From Phycisphaerae bacterium (GTDB taxonomy: Bacteria; Planctomycetota; Phycisphaerae; UBA1845; Fen-1342), in NCBI GenBank assembly GCA_963675745.2, contig CAXXWX010000017.1, positions 32,001 to 96,000 on the forward strand: 64,000 nucleotides of DNA, read 5' to 3'. The notes beneath the pieces were generated by a model that saw nothing but the letters and a program-made list of their open reading frames with translations, was not told where the DNA came from and did no database searches. The position numbers were made by a program, and so were the translations under genes. Shown in pieces: positions 10,061-20,638 of the stretch; position 1 is the stretch's first letter, and the number at the start of each line of letters is the position of its first letter.

Positions 10061-11785
10061 CTATTCGCGCGTCATGTACGTCTTGTACAAACTGGGTTCG
10101 TCGGCCTTGAAGTCTGCTTCGCTGGCGAATTCGTACGTGACCTTCTTGCCGCCTTCCTCGATGGTCAACTCGATCGAGCCGTCTTCATTCTTGATGATGC
10201 GGACGGACTTCGTGGCGCGCTCGGTTCGCACATCGGTATCCACGCCGCGCCGGGCGCTGCGTTGCGCCTCGCGTACCGCCTTTTCGATTTGTTCCTGAAC
10301 CTCCTGGGAGTCGAGTGCCTTCGCCTTGGTATCAATGATGATCTTTCGGGCGTCTTTCAGGCGATTGGTGGCGTCATTAAACTGCCTGGTGGCGTCATCG
10401 AACTGCTTGTGGGCGTCGTCAAACTGCTTGCGAAGATGGACGTCGAATTGCTTGCGCAAACCGGGCAGCGCGCCGGCGCCGGGCTGAGTGAAGATCCACT
10501 CGGTCGCGCCATAGCCGGAGTATTCCCGGTATCGTTCGTACGTCTCGGGATCATCCTTCTTGAACTCTTCGACGTCGTCGTAGACCTTGCGGACTTCATT
10601 GCCATCTTCGTCGGTGCGCTCGACGGTGACCGAGCCATCCGCGTCGCGCTTGATTGAGAGCGCGCCATCGTCGTCCGACACGACAATGCTGATTACCACA
10701 GAGGCATCATCTTCAGCTCCGCGTCCGAACCTGAAATTGTGCTCGCCATCGTTGCCGAACCACATCATGCCGTGTTGGGCGTCCGGTACCATGTGCTTGA
10801 ACACCTGTGGCCTGATCACTTTGAGTTCGACGTCCAGATCCTTCAGCATCTCAGGCAGCTCTTCGAGCTCTCCCAGCTCCTTCAAGAGCCAGTTGCCTTG
10901 CGCGTCCCGGTCGAGCTTGAGACCGCGTATGTCCATCGACTCTTCGATGAACGGGACGTCGGCTTCCTCGTATTTCCACTGCGGGACAAAACCCTGCTTG
11001 CGCTTGGTGGGGGTAAGCCGCAGCACGCGCTCGTCGCCGCCGCGGACAACGCCGATCTTGGTCGTTTCGGCGCCGGCCGCGCTGATGGCTTCCAAAAGAT
11101 CCTCGGTGGAGTTGATGGCGCTGCCGCCGAACGAGCGGATGATGTCGTATCGTTCGAGGCCGGCATCGTCGGCCGGGCTGTCGACCACGATGTTGTCGAT
11201 CATGACGCCATCACCACTGACGTGCGCGGCGAGGGCTTCCGGAATAGGCGTGCAGCGCACGCCGATCCAGATCGGCGGGAACTCCATGACTTGTACCGGC
11301 TTCGCCTCATCCATCGCCTGCACAGCGACGTTGGGGGCGGCGCCAACGGCGTAGTAATACGCCTGCGGGCCGGCGAGCTTCTCACACAAGACCTTTGGGA
11401 CGGCGGCACCGGCCGCTGCCACGCCCCGCGGGCCGACACAAATCGACTTCGCCGCGCCCGAGTCGCCGGCCTCACACGTCACGATGCAAACGGCTTGCGC
11501 GGCGTCGCCGGCGCCGGGCGCGCATTTGATTACGCGCTGAATCTTCTTGCAGTCGGCGTCGTTGGGCTTGCAGGTTGCGGCGCAGCTTGCTTTGGCGCAG
11601 CAGGCAGCGGTTGCCCGCTTGTCGACGATCACGCGGGCCGCCTTATCGGCACTGCACTCATCGCCCGACTTGATGACGACGACCTTGACCTGTTCATCCG
11701 CCGGGTCGGCCGCTAGCTTGACGATGGCGTCGGCCTGGGCGGCGACCAATACTGGAATGACCATACATATGACGAATCGAATCAT
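10061..11785 (-). CDS. Secreted PDZ-domain protein
   Basis: Signal peptide, Cys-rich N-region, WIGV...GVMIDNIVVDSPADDAGLERYDII PDZ signature, coiled C-region. AGGAG RBS. Confidence 0.85.
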   Translation of the reverse strand: MIRFVICMVIPVLVAAQADAIVKLAADPADEQVKVVVIKSGDECSADKAARVIVDKRATAACCAKASCAATCKPNDADCKKIQRVIKCAPGAGDAAQAVCIVTCEAGDSGAAKSICVGPRGVAAAGAAVPKVLCEKLAGPQAYYYAVGAAPNVAVQAMDEAKPVQVMEFPPIWIGVRCTPIPEALAAHVSGDGVMIDNIVVDSPADDAGLERYDIIRSFGGSAINSTEDLLEAISAAGAETTKIGVVRGGDERVLRLTPTKRKQGFVPQWKYEEADVPFIEESMDIRGLKLDRDAQGNWLLKELGELEELPEMLKDLDVELKVIRPQVFKHMVPDAQHGMMWFGNDGEHNFRFGRGAEDDASVVISIVVSDDDGALSIKRDADGSVTVERTDEDGNEVRKVYDDVEEFKKDDPETYERYREYSGYGATEWIFTQPGAGALPGLRKQFDVHLRKQFDDAHKQFDDATRQFNDATNRLKDARKIIIDTKAKALDSQEVQEQIEKAVREAQRSARRGVDTDVRTERATKSVRIIKNEDGSIELTIEEGGKKVTYEFASEADFKADEPSLYKTYMTRE

Positions 11786-11805
11786 GTTGAGTTACTCCTG
11801 TTTGC

Positions 11806-12357
11806 TCAGTAGTCCGCGTGGACCACGACGGCTCTCGTCTGCACCTGGTTAACTTCGATCAGATAAATCTCGTTGGGGCGGTCGCCGGGGACCACGATCC
11901 AATTGCGCTGTGTGTGGCGGCGCCCGCTGTAGGGGCGCTCGAGCAGCACCGGCTGAATCTGGGCCGAACCGTCGAGCGTTGGCGCGCGCCACCGGGATGG
12001 GGCGCCCAGCGACGGGCCAACGCTCGGCCCGGCGTTTACCGGTCCGTTGGGTGATTGCGCAGTGGGCGACCAGATCCAGACCATGGCCATCAGGCATGCC
12101 GCCGCAACCAGGCCCACGGTTTGTGCGATCGGCTGACGGCGTGCGGGGTGGGCAGTGCCGCCGACACGTGTTGGCATGGCGTGACGCAGAGCGCGGCCGG
12201 CCTCTACGTCAAGCGCGCTCAGCTCGTGATAAAGCGCCTGAGCCGCGGGATCTGCGTCGAGCACGCGCCGCAGTTCGGCGCGCTCGGCGGGCATGGCCTC
12301 CTGGTCGAGGTAACGCGTAATGAGTCGTTCGAGATGTTCCTGTGATAAATCGCTCAT
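11806..12357 (-). CDS. Putative membrane anti-sigma factor
   Basis: ATG overlaps the sigma stop (TGATG). LITRYLDQEA...L..DP anti-sigma-like helices followed by an AAAC TM segment. Confidence 0.75.
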   Translation of the reverse strand: MSDLSQEHLERLITRYLDQEAMPAERAELRRVLDADPAAQALYHELSALDVEAGRALRHAMPTRVGGTAHPARRQPIAQTVGLVAAACLMAMVWIWSPTAQSPNGPVNAGPSVGPSLGAPSRWRAPTLDGSAQIQPVLLERPYSGRRHTQRNWIVVPGDRPNEIYLIEVNQVQTRAVVVHADY

Positions 12358-12965
12358 CAGATCTTGTCGGTAAGTGTCTCTCTCAGCAGCCGCCGGGCGC
12401 GCACCAGGCGGGTTTCGACGGTTTCCACCGGCAGACTCAACAAGTCGCCGATCTGTGCGTAGCTCCAATCCTCCAGGTGTCGCAAGACAAACGGCTCGCG
12501 ATATATCAGCGGCAGGCCCTGGATCGCCTGTAAGATCGCCCGCTGCAATTCGTCGCCGATCGCCACGCGAAGCGGGCTGGGCATGGCGGGATCGCTGTAA
12601 ACATCGTGCCCCGCCTCAGTGTTGACTTCGCGCGAGCGCCGGCGTGAGTGGGAGATGCCGGCGTCTATCGCCGCGTTTCGCGCGATGCGGTACAACCACG
12701 GCCGCAAGCTCTCCGCATCCCGCAGCGAGTCCAGTCGCTCCCACACCTGCGCCCAGACCTGCTGCGCCACGTCGTCGACCAACTGGCGGCGGCCGGTGAC
12801 GCCGAAGATCACGCTGCGAATCCAGTGATCGTGCGTTTTCACAAGCCGTTCAGCCGCTGCGCGGTCACCGTTACGGGCGCCACTGACAAGCATTCGCATC
12901 GTCTGGGCGTCAAACGCCAGCGTCGTCATCTCATCGTTATTTGACGGCTCGGCGTACGGGGGCAT
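12357..12965 (-). CDS. ECF sigma-70 factor
   Basis: DDVAQQVW, WLYRIARNAAID, region 4 SYAQIGDLLSLPVETVETRLVRARRLL. Confidence 0.93.
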   Translation of the reverse strand: MPPYAEPSNNDEMTTLAFDAQTMRMLVSGARNGDRAAAERLVKTHDHWIRSVIFGVTGRRQLVDDVAQQVWAQVWERLDSLRDAESLRPWLYRIARNAAIDAGISHSRRRSREVNTEAGHDVYSDPAMPSPLRVAIGDELQRAILQAIQGLPLIYREPFVLRHLEDWSYAQIGDLLSLPVETVETRLVRARRLLRETLTDKI

Positions 12966-13290
12966 GTCGAAAAATCTCTCCGGGTATGCAAGTCATTGTG
13001 ACACAGAGGCTTGCACGTGTCACGCCTGCCGCCCGGCGTGGCCGCTCCCCGGCGACCACGTTCCCCCGCGGCGCTGGTCGTGGCTGTACTACGTTTGGCC
13101 ACCACTTGTGTTCGCCGCCCGGCCGCCGATATTCACGCGGCGTTGCCGACGCGGTGCACACCGCCGTCAGATGCGGCATTGTTCCGTGTCTGGGCGATCT
13201 GTAGAATGGAAGCTTGGCGGGGGTCGCCGTGCTCACGCGGGGTTGCGAGTCGCGGCGGCTGCCACTTCGGCTGATTTGGGGAGGTGCTGG

Positions 13291-14345
13291 ATGACACCAT
13301 ATTCGCGGGCGCCAACGCCGCGCCACGCCGGTCGGTGTGCGCTGACGCGGGCCGAAGTGCTGGTTTTTGCCCTGACATTCGCGCTGCTGGGCCTCGTGCT
13401 GCTGCCGGCGCTGGCCAGTGGCCAGCACAGCCGGCGGGCGACGTGTCTTCAGAATCTCCGCGCTATCGGCGCGACCACGCAGGCGTACGCCGAAGATGAC
13501 TCGGCGGAGTTGCTGCTGCCGATTCACCAGATGATGGTGACACCGGCGTCTTTGCCGACGAGTTCGGCAATACCATGTGGCCGTGGCGCACGGTGAATTG
13601 GTTCGCCTGGGGCGGCGCGACGGCGCCGGAGCAGTTTCTCTGCTATGAAGGGGGAGGGCCCTACATTGGGCAGAGTGCCACCGCCGCGTGGGGCGCCCAG
13701 ACCCGGCCGCTGACGCGGTATCTCTATCCCGACATCAGCGAGGACCTTATCGGCGGGCAATACGTGTTCGACGTCCCGGTCTTCCATTGCCCCCAGGATG
13801 TCGGATACCCCGTCGATCAGTTCGTTGATGACTCCCCGATGTCCAACGCGGGCAGACCGTGCTACACAACATTGGGCAACAGCTATAGAGCAAATATGCA
13901 CGGCGGTTTCAGCGGGGCGGGTTCGACGTTCCGCAGCGCAGCCAGTCTGGGCCCCTGGGGACATCGTCGGTCCGACCTTGTGAATGCTGATCGCATTGCC
14001 CTGGGGGGCGATGCCATGTTTGGCTCGATGACCGGGAGCCTCGTGGGATTGATGGGCTGGCACGGCGAGATAGACCACGACAATGTTGTGTATTGCGATG
14101 GCTCCGCGCGCTATACCTTTGTCTCGCCCGTGACGCCGATCGATCCCGATCCGCGTTTACCTCTTGACGCGAACTGTGCGTACATGGAGTCACGCGGGGA
14201 CACCTATCAGCTTGACGCTTATCCGACACCGATGGCTTTCATTTGGGGGCCTGCTGGTGCGCCGTGGTTCGAGCCCCAGACGCCACAGTGGCCCCGTTCG
14301 GGTATGAAGAGGAACCTGCAACCGATGAATCTGGGGTCGGAATAG
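13291..14345 (+). CDS. Prepilin-like (DUF1559/H-X9-DG-related) protein, paralog 1; one frameshift near 13545
   Basis: GGAGGT RBS. ALTRAEVLV + hydrophobic helix + CLQNLRAIG. Continues in ORF 13575-14345 with FHCPQD and WHG..DNVVYCDG. Confidence 0.75.
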
Positions 14346-14561
14346 GCCGACGAGTTTCTATTGTCCGGGACACTTGCCATGTGCGTAGAATGCGCGCGGT
14401 TGGACCGCTCCGGCGGTTGCGACTCAGCAATTGGGAAGGGCTTTCGTAGACGTTTGTTTCGGCTGCCGGGCGAGCTCGGTTTCTCTTACCTCGAGCGCGC
14501 CCGCCGCGGGTGGCGTGCGCCCGGTGACGTCGCAACTCGGCGGGACATGGAGCGAAAGCCG

Positions 14562-15604
14562 ATGATACGCCAAACGCCGCGGGCTGTGACCCGCGCTGAA
14601 GTGGCCGTGGTTGCGGCCACATTGAGTTTGCTTGCTCTGATCCTGGCTCCCGCCGTTGCGAACAACGGGCGCAGCACCAGGGCGACGTGTCTTCAGAACC
14701 TCCGCGCCATCGGCATGGCGACGCAGGCGTATGCCGAAGATGACCCGGCAGAGCTGCTGTGCCGATTCACCAGATGATGGTGGCCAATACCAGCTTTTTT
14801 GCCGCCGACTTCGCTGGCACGTGGTGGGCTTGCGAACTGGTTTGCCTGGGGTGGCGCCACGGAGCGACAAGTTCATCTGCGCCGACTCTGGGGACTTTGC
14901 TGGGGCAGCATCGCACGCGCTACTGGGGCGCACAGACACGGCCGTTGACGCGATATCTCTATCCTGGCCTGACCGAAGATCCAGACAACGATGACTACGT
15001 AACTGACATGCCGATCTTCCGCTGCCCCAGGATGTCGGCTATCCAGACGACCCAAACATCAGCGGCCGGTACATAACGCCGGCCGCTCGTGCTACGCGAC
15101 GCTGGGCAACAGCTACAGGGCGATGCTGAACGAAGTTACCTCGGCAGCTCCGGATCGTCGTCATACAAGGGCGCTGCTCGTATGGACCGTGGGGGCCAAG
15201 CGGTCGGACATGGTTAACACGAGCCGTATCGTCGTCATTGGCGAGCCGATCTTCTTCGCCTCGTTCGGCGACGAATACTCCAGACTACGTCGGGTGGCAC
15301 GGCGAAGTCGATTCCGACCACGCCCTTTACGTGGATGGTTCGGCTCGCCTTACGCAGGTGACGTCCGTGTCGCCGATACCGGCCGATCCACGTTTGCCGA
15401 TTGATTCGCACTTTTGACGACTACTCTTCGCGCGCTGACCAGTTCCAGCTTGACTGTTACCCCACACCCGGAGCGTTCATATGGGCCCTTACCCAGAGCG
15501 ACCGAGCTCTGACAAATGCACACAGCAGCCATCAGGTGTGGCCGTTTAAGGGCTACAAGGACAATCTCACGCCGGTGGAGCCAACTTGGTTGTCCGAGCC
15601 ATAG
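14562..15604 (+). CDS. Prepilin-like protein, paralog 2; several frameshifts (assembly error or pseudogene)
   Basis: AVTRAEVAV, CLQNLRAIG, WGAQTRPLTRYLYP, FRCP, FQLDCYPTPGAFIW recovered across frames. Confidence 0.7.
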
Positions 15605-15659
15605 CGGGAGCGGCGGGCGCCGGCAGGCACCGTCGCCCCGTTTGGATTGGGAGGTGCAC

Positions 15660-16732
15660 ATGATTGTCGAAGAAAGAGGATGTCGCGCGACGAATGGTCT
15701 CAGTTCGCGGCATGCGCTGACGCGTGCCGAAGTGCTGGTCTTTGGCCTGACGCTCGGGTTGCTGGGCCTTGTGCTGCTGCCGGCGCTGGCCAGTGGCCAG
15801 CTCAGCCGGCGGGCGACGTGTCTTCAGAATCTCCGCGCTATCGGCGCGGCCACGCAGGCGTACGCCGAAGATGACGCCACGGAGTTGTTACTCCCGATTC
15901 ATCAGATGATGGTGAATAACACGCAACTCTTCGCACCGGCGTTCGCCAACACGATGTGGTCGTGGCGAACGGCCAACTTCTTCGCGTGGGGCGGCGCAAC
16001 GGCTACCGAGGAGTTCCTCGTTCTGGAGAACTTCGGGCCAATCATCGGACGTGGCTGGACGCGTTGTTGGGGCGCCCAGACGCGGCCGCTCACGCGCTTC
16101 CTCTACCCGGAGATCACCGAAGATCCGGACAACGACGAATACGTGACCGACCTGCCGTTGTTCCACTGCCCCCAGGACGCCGGCTATGTCGAGTCGCATG
16201 AGCCGTACGGCGATGCGGACTGTCCGCAGGCCAACGTTGGCCGGCCCTGCTATACGACGCTGGGTTCCAGCTATCGTGCCAACCTGGCGGGCTCATTCGC
16301 CGCACAGCCAAACTCCAACTACACCGGCGCGTTCAGCTATGGACCCTGGGGGCACAAACGCGCCGATATAGCCAACCCGAGCCGCGTCATTCTCGGCGCT
16401 GATGCGCTCTATGGCGAGATGGTCGACGCTCTGGGTTACACCGGTTGGCACGGCGGACAGGACAGCGACAACGTGCTTTACTGCGACGGGGCCGCGCGCC
16501 TCACCCAGTTCATCGAAGGGCAACCGATTCCAGCGGCCCCGAGGCTCCCATTAGGTCCAGGATACGACGACTTGTGGACGCGCGGCGACACGTATCAGCT
16601 CGACGTGTATCCGACGCCGGGGGCGCGGATTTGGGGATACTCCGTAGGGGGGGGCCGAGCCTCAAACTCCGGCGTGGCCCACGTCCGGCTATAAGGACGA
16701 ACCTGGAACCCGTGAGCCTGGTCTTCGAATAG
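15660..16732 (+). CDS. Prepilin-like protein, paralog 3; probable frameshift(s) in the last 90 bp
   Basis: GGAGGT RBS. ALTRAEVLV, FHCPQD, WHG..DNVLYCDG, YQLDVYPTPGARIWG. A G homopolymer lies near 16646 and the paralog-like ending NLEPVSLVFE is in another frame. Confidence 0.78.
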
Positions 16733-16802
16733 GTCGGGTGACAACTGAAGTGGTGTTCGCGTGAGAACAGAACATTACACGACAGCTCTTGGAGGCTGAA
16801 AC

Positions 16803-18425
16803 ATGATAGCCATCAATCTTCAACGCCGCTGGACACTCGCCGCTGCAGCCGCGAGCGTTGCTTGTGTCCTGGCCGCGGTTGCCACAGTCGGGACGGCGCG
16901 TGCCAGCGAGCCAGAGTGGCAGGTCGCGACCGCGAAACTGATCGCCGCCGACGGCGTGCCGGCGCAACGCTTCGGGCGGTCGGTGTCGGCGTCCGGCGAG
17001 CGGGTTCTGATCGGCGCGCCGGAAGATACGGCGAACGGCACCGGCGCCGGCGCGGCGTACATCTGCCAGTTCGCCGGCGGCGTGTGGAGCCAGCGGGCCA
17101 AGCTCCTGCCGAATGACCCCAACGAGATGCAGCATTTCGGCTGGTCGGTCGCGCTGGATGGCGACGTCGCCCGTCGTCGGCGTGCCGCACGACGACGAGG
17201 TGCACTTCGATGCCGGCGCCGTCTACGTCTTTTTATATGACGGAGCTGAGTGGACGCAGGCCGCCAAACTGATGGCGTCGGACGGCAGGTACCAGGACCA
17301 GTTTGGCACGTCGGTGGCCGTGCGCGGCGACGTGATCGCCGTCGGGGCACCGCTGGTCAACCCCGACACGGACGAGCCCGATACCGGGGCTGTGTACGTC
17401 TTTCGCCGCGACGGGGCAAGCTGGATCGAAGAGGACAAGCTCGAGCGACCGGATGATTTCCAAACGGTGGTTGAGTTTGCGCGCCTCGGCGCCTCGGTTG
17501 CGATCGGCGATGACGTGATCGTCGCCGGTGCCTGGGGGGATCGTGAGGACCGCTATGGCGAGTTCGCGTTCGGCTCGGCCAGTGTTTTCCACTATGACGG
17601 CCTGGCGTGGTCCGAAGCAGGCCCGCTTGATGCCCAGCGACGGCGCGGATTATGACCGCTTTGGCAGCGCCGTGGCGATCTGCGGCGAGGTAATCGCCGT
17701 CGGCGCGCCGCGCGTTGACTATGAAGACCCGAACACGCTCGAATTCACCAAAGACGGCCGGCTCGGTCTACGTCTATCGCCACGATGGAGCCGATTGGGT
17801 CGAGGAAGCCAAACTCATCTCGCCCGCGCTGGGCGGCGCCGACCTGTCGCACGATGACTACTTCGGCGGTGCCGTCGCGCTGGACGGTGACACGCTGCTG
17901 ATCGGCTCGCGCTATGACGACGACTGGGGGCTCAACGCCGGCGCGGCGTACGCCTATCACTATGACGGCGCCGCGTGGTTCGAGCAGTTCAAGTTTGTTC
18001 CCACCTGGATCGGCTATCGCGACGCGTTCGGCGGCTCGGTCGCCCTGTCGGACGGCCACTTCGCAATGGGCGCCGTCGGCGATGATAGTCAGGGTGAACT
18101 GGCCGGGGCCGCGTATGTCTTCGAGTTTGAGAACGACTGCAATCGCCAACGCGCGTTCCGGACGAGGACGACATCGCCGCCGGCACCAGTGCCGACCTGA
18201 ACGAGAATGGCATCCCCGACGATTGCGAACAGCCGCCGATTGGCGATGTCAACTGCGACATCATCTGCCAACAACGCCGACATCGACGCGTTTGTGCTGG
18301 CGCTGCACGACTACGCGGCGTACCTGACGGAGTATCCCGGATGCGACAACGCGGATGTCAACGGCGACGGCTGGGTCAACGCGGGCGATATTGATCCGTT
18401 CATCGCGCTGCTGGCAGCGCAATAA
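16803..18425 (+). CDS. Secreted FG-GAP (integrin-alpha-like) repeat beta-propeller with C-terminal dockerin-like domain; multiple frameshifts
   Basis: Signal peptide. Repeated FG.SVA..GD...VGA...GAVYVF units across ORFs 16803, 17113, 17528 and 17715. Ends NNADIDAFV..YPGCD.ADVNGDGWVNAGDIDPF. Confidence 0.8.
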
Positions 18426-18469
18426 GACACGCTTCAGCCACGTAGGGCACATCGAGCGCCGCGAGACGT

Positions 18470-18749
18470 GCCGGGTTTGCCGCACACGGCGGCGTGCAAA
18501 GTAGCGGCCGGCGCCTCGCCGGCCGTTGTGACGCCGGAAACGCTGTTTGATGCGGACGCCTGTTTACCGCCGACGGCCTGCGGGGCGCAGGCCGTTACGG
18601 CCGGGTTCGCCGCTCATGGTGGTGTGCAATGTAGCGGCCGGCGCCTCGCCGGCCGTGTGACGCCGGTGACGCTGCTTGATGCGGACGCCTGTTTACGCCG
18701 ACGGCCTGCGGGGCGCAGGCCGTTACAGCCGGGTTTGCCGCTACATGGC
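18470..18749. repeat. Tandem ~130-bp direct repeat, each unit holding two convergent REP-like palindromes (BIME/REPIN-like)
   Basis: GTAGCGGCCGGCGCCTCGCCGGCCGT at 18501 and 18631. ACGGCCTGCGGGGCGCAGGCCGTTAC at 18573 and 18701. Spacers are near-identical. Confidence 0.85.
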
Positions 18750-19313
18750 ATTTCGCCGTCCTGCTGTCGTTGGATGTGCGGGCGCGGTGCGGTGAGGGGA
18801 TCGCCGGTGTACAGTGTGGCTCGTCGTGCCGCGGGATGAGCGGGTGCGGCGAGCCGCAGCCTGTGGTGGATAGGGGGCGCGCGGTGGCCTTTTGTCAATG
18901 AGGCGGTTCGATGGGCGAGTCTTCGGTGGAATCCGGCATGCTGCCTCTCGGCGCCGCCGCCGACGGTAACCCATCCCAGCGCCGGACATCGTCGATGTGC
19001 GCTTCACGGTTCACGCGATCAGCATCGCCAAGGTATGCTAGCGATGCTCGCGCTTCTGGTCGTCTGCTACAAGCTGTGTTGCGGCGGCGCTTGTTAAGAT
19101 CGTCCGTAGGTTATCAGTGCCTCACGTTCATGGTGGCGCTTCCAGCCCGTCTCAGGCATGGTGGTTGTCGGGCTCATCATGCTCGCATTGGGCGTGGCTT
19201 AATATACGGGCGAGGCTGCTGGCCAGATCAGTAAGCGCGTGAGCCGGTTTGGCGCGACCGGCGCTGATCTGCTGTCCACTGAACATCGTTGCGCGAGTTG
19301 CTCGCTCACGTAC

Positions 19314-20041
19314 ATGCAGAAACCGCTTCTTAGTCCTCTGCCGCGTCAAATGAGCGTGTGGCGTGCGCTGACAGAGGCGCTGGCGGCCCAGGGACGCATC
19401 GGCCTGGTTGTGCGTGTTCTCGCGCCTGAGCGAAGCGCGTGGCCGCCGCTCGGGCCGCCGCTCACAGAGCCGGCGGAACCTGAGCCACTCCATCGCGGAA
19501 ACCACTCGATTCCTGATGCTCCGGACGGCGCGCTTGGCGAGCGCGACAGAGCATTCGTCCTCTGCCGCGCGCGCTGTTTGGTCGAACATCACCAACCGCT
19601 GGGTACCGCTGGTACCTATCGATTGCGCATGATCCCCATCGTTCCTATTCGATGTTTGTCTGTGTGTACTCATCTTGCCGTGGATTCAGAACCGGGAACG
19701 CCGGGCAGACGGACTTGACGTTCCTGGGCTACGAGGCACTGCGTCTTCTGCTGATCATCGCCGCAATCCAACGACGGCGTGTGGCTCAGTGGTTTGCGGT
19801 GCCCGGCGCGCTCATCGTGCGGTCCGCGCCGTGGTATTCTTCGGCCTGGACGCTGGAGGGCTTCCGGCGCGAGGAGTCCGTGATCGTGCATGACGTTGAT
19901 CACAATGTGCTCACGATCGCATCGCGCGACGGCCGCGTTCACCAGCGCAGAATGACGCCATACGAAATCACGTTCGCCCTCCGCGCATGGCGGAGCAAGT
20001 TGCAGCCGCCGGACATCGAGCAGTTGAGCGATTTGGCGTGA
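19314..20041 (+). CDS. Hypothetical protein, possibly membrane-associated, apparently split by frameshift(s)
   Basis: Overlapping protein-like ORFs 19239-19718 and 19652-20041. No recognisable motif. Confidence 0.35.
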
Positions 20042-20048
20042 GCGAGAA

Positions 20049-20070
20049 GGTGCGGCGAGCCGCACCCTAC
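20049..20070 (-). repeat. GTAG-type REP-like palindrome
   Basis: Minus strand reads GTAGGGTGCGGCTCGCCGCACC. A degenerate copy lies near 18842. Confidence 0.55.
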
Positions 20071-20109
20071 GTCGCTGGATCTGCCGGACTGATAGCTGAT
20101 AGCTGACCG

Positions 20110-20430
20110 CTACCCTTCGCCGACGCCGCGCTTGGCTTTGGCGGTCTCCCGGCTGAGTGCGGTCTTGAGGCGGTCGAGGGCCGTGTTGATGGCTGCGTGG
20201 AAGTCGTCGCCTTGCTCTTTGATGACGATTTCGCGCGCTCTGAGTTTCACATCCAGGCTGCACAGCTTGTCGATGCCGCCCTTGTCGGGCCCGGTGACGT
20301 CCTCCAGGCGGACATTCGCCTTGAGAATGTGCTCGGAGAAACGGGTCGTCGCGGTGAGAAAACGCTCCTCAGCGAAGCTGCGCAATCCACCGTCGTTTTC
20401 CACGCCGCGAATGAAGATCTGAAGGTCCAT
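20110..20430 (-). CDS. hpf: HPF/RaiA family ribosome-associated (hibernation) protein
   Basis: GGGAGG RBS. VRLEDVTGPDKGGIDKLC, DDFHAAINTALDRL; about 106 aa. Confidence 0.85.
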   Translation of the reverse strand: MDLQIFIRGVENDGGLRSFAEERFLTATTRFSEHILKANVRLEDVTGPDKGGIDKLCSLDVKLRAREIVIKEQGDDFHAAINTALDRLKTALSRETAKAKRGVGEG

Positions 20431-20485
20431 GTGAGCCTCCCATGGGATTAGGGTTGGGCTGATGGCTTGATTGTAGCAGAAAGAG

Positions 20486-20560
20486 AAGGCAACGAGGCAA
20501 GGAGATAAGAAGGCAACGAGGCAACAAGGCAACGAGGCAACAAGGCGGCGAGGCAACGAG
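20486..20560. repeat. Imperfect 8-bp tandem repeat AGGCAAC(G/A) in a divergent intergenic region
   Basis: About nine units visible directly. Confidence 0.8.
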
Positions 20561-20638
20561 GGGCTGGGGTGGATTGCTGGTGTGGGGGTGGTGGAATACG
20601 ATGTTGGTGTTGAGCTTCATCCCTTATCGGAGTCGATA

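Noticed and set aside
13291..18425. Dense frameshifts as programmed frameshifting or phase variation
   Set aside because: Single-base indels also hit araA, araB and the histidine kinase, often at GC runs, with no shared slippery motif. Long-read assembly error is the simpler explanation; read polishing is needed.
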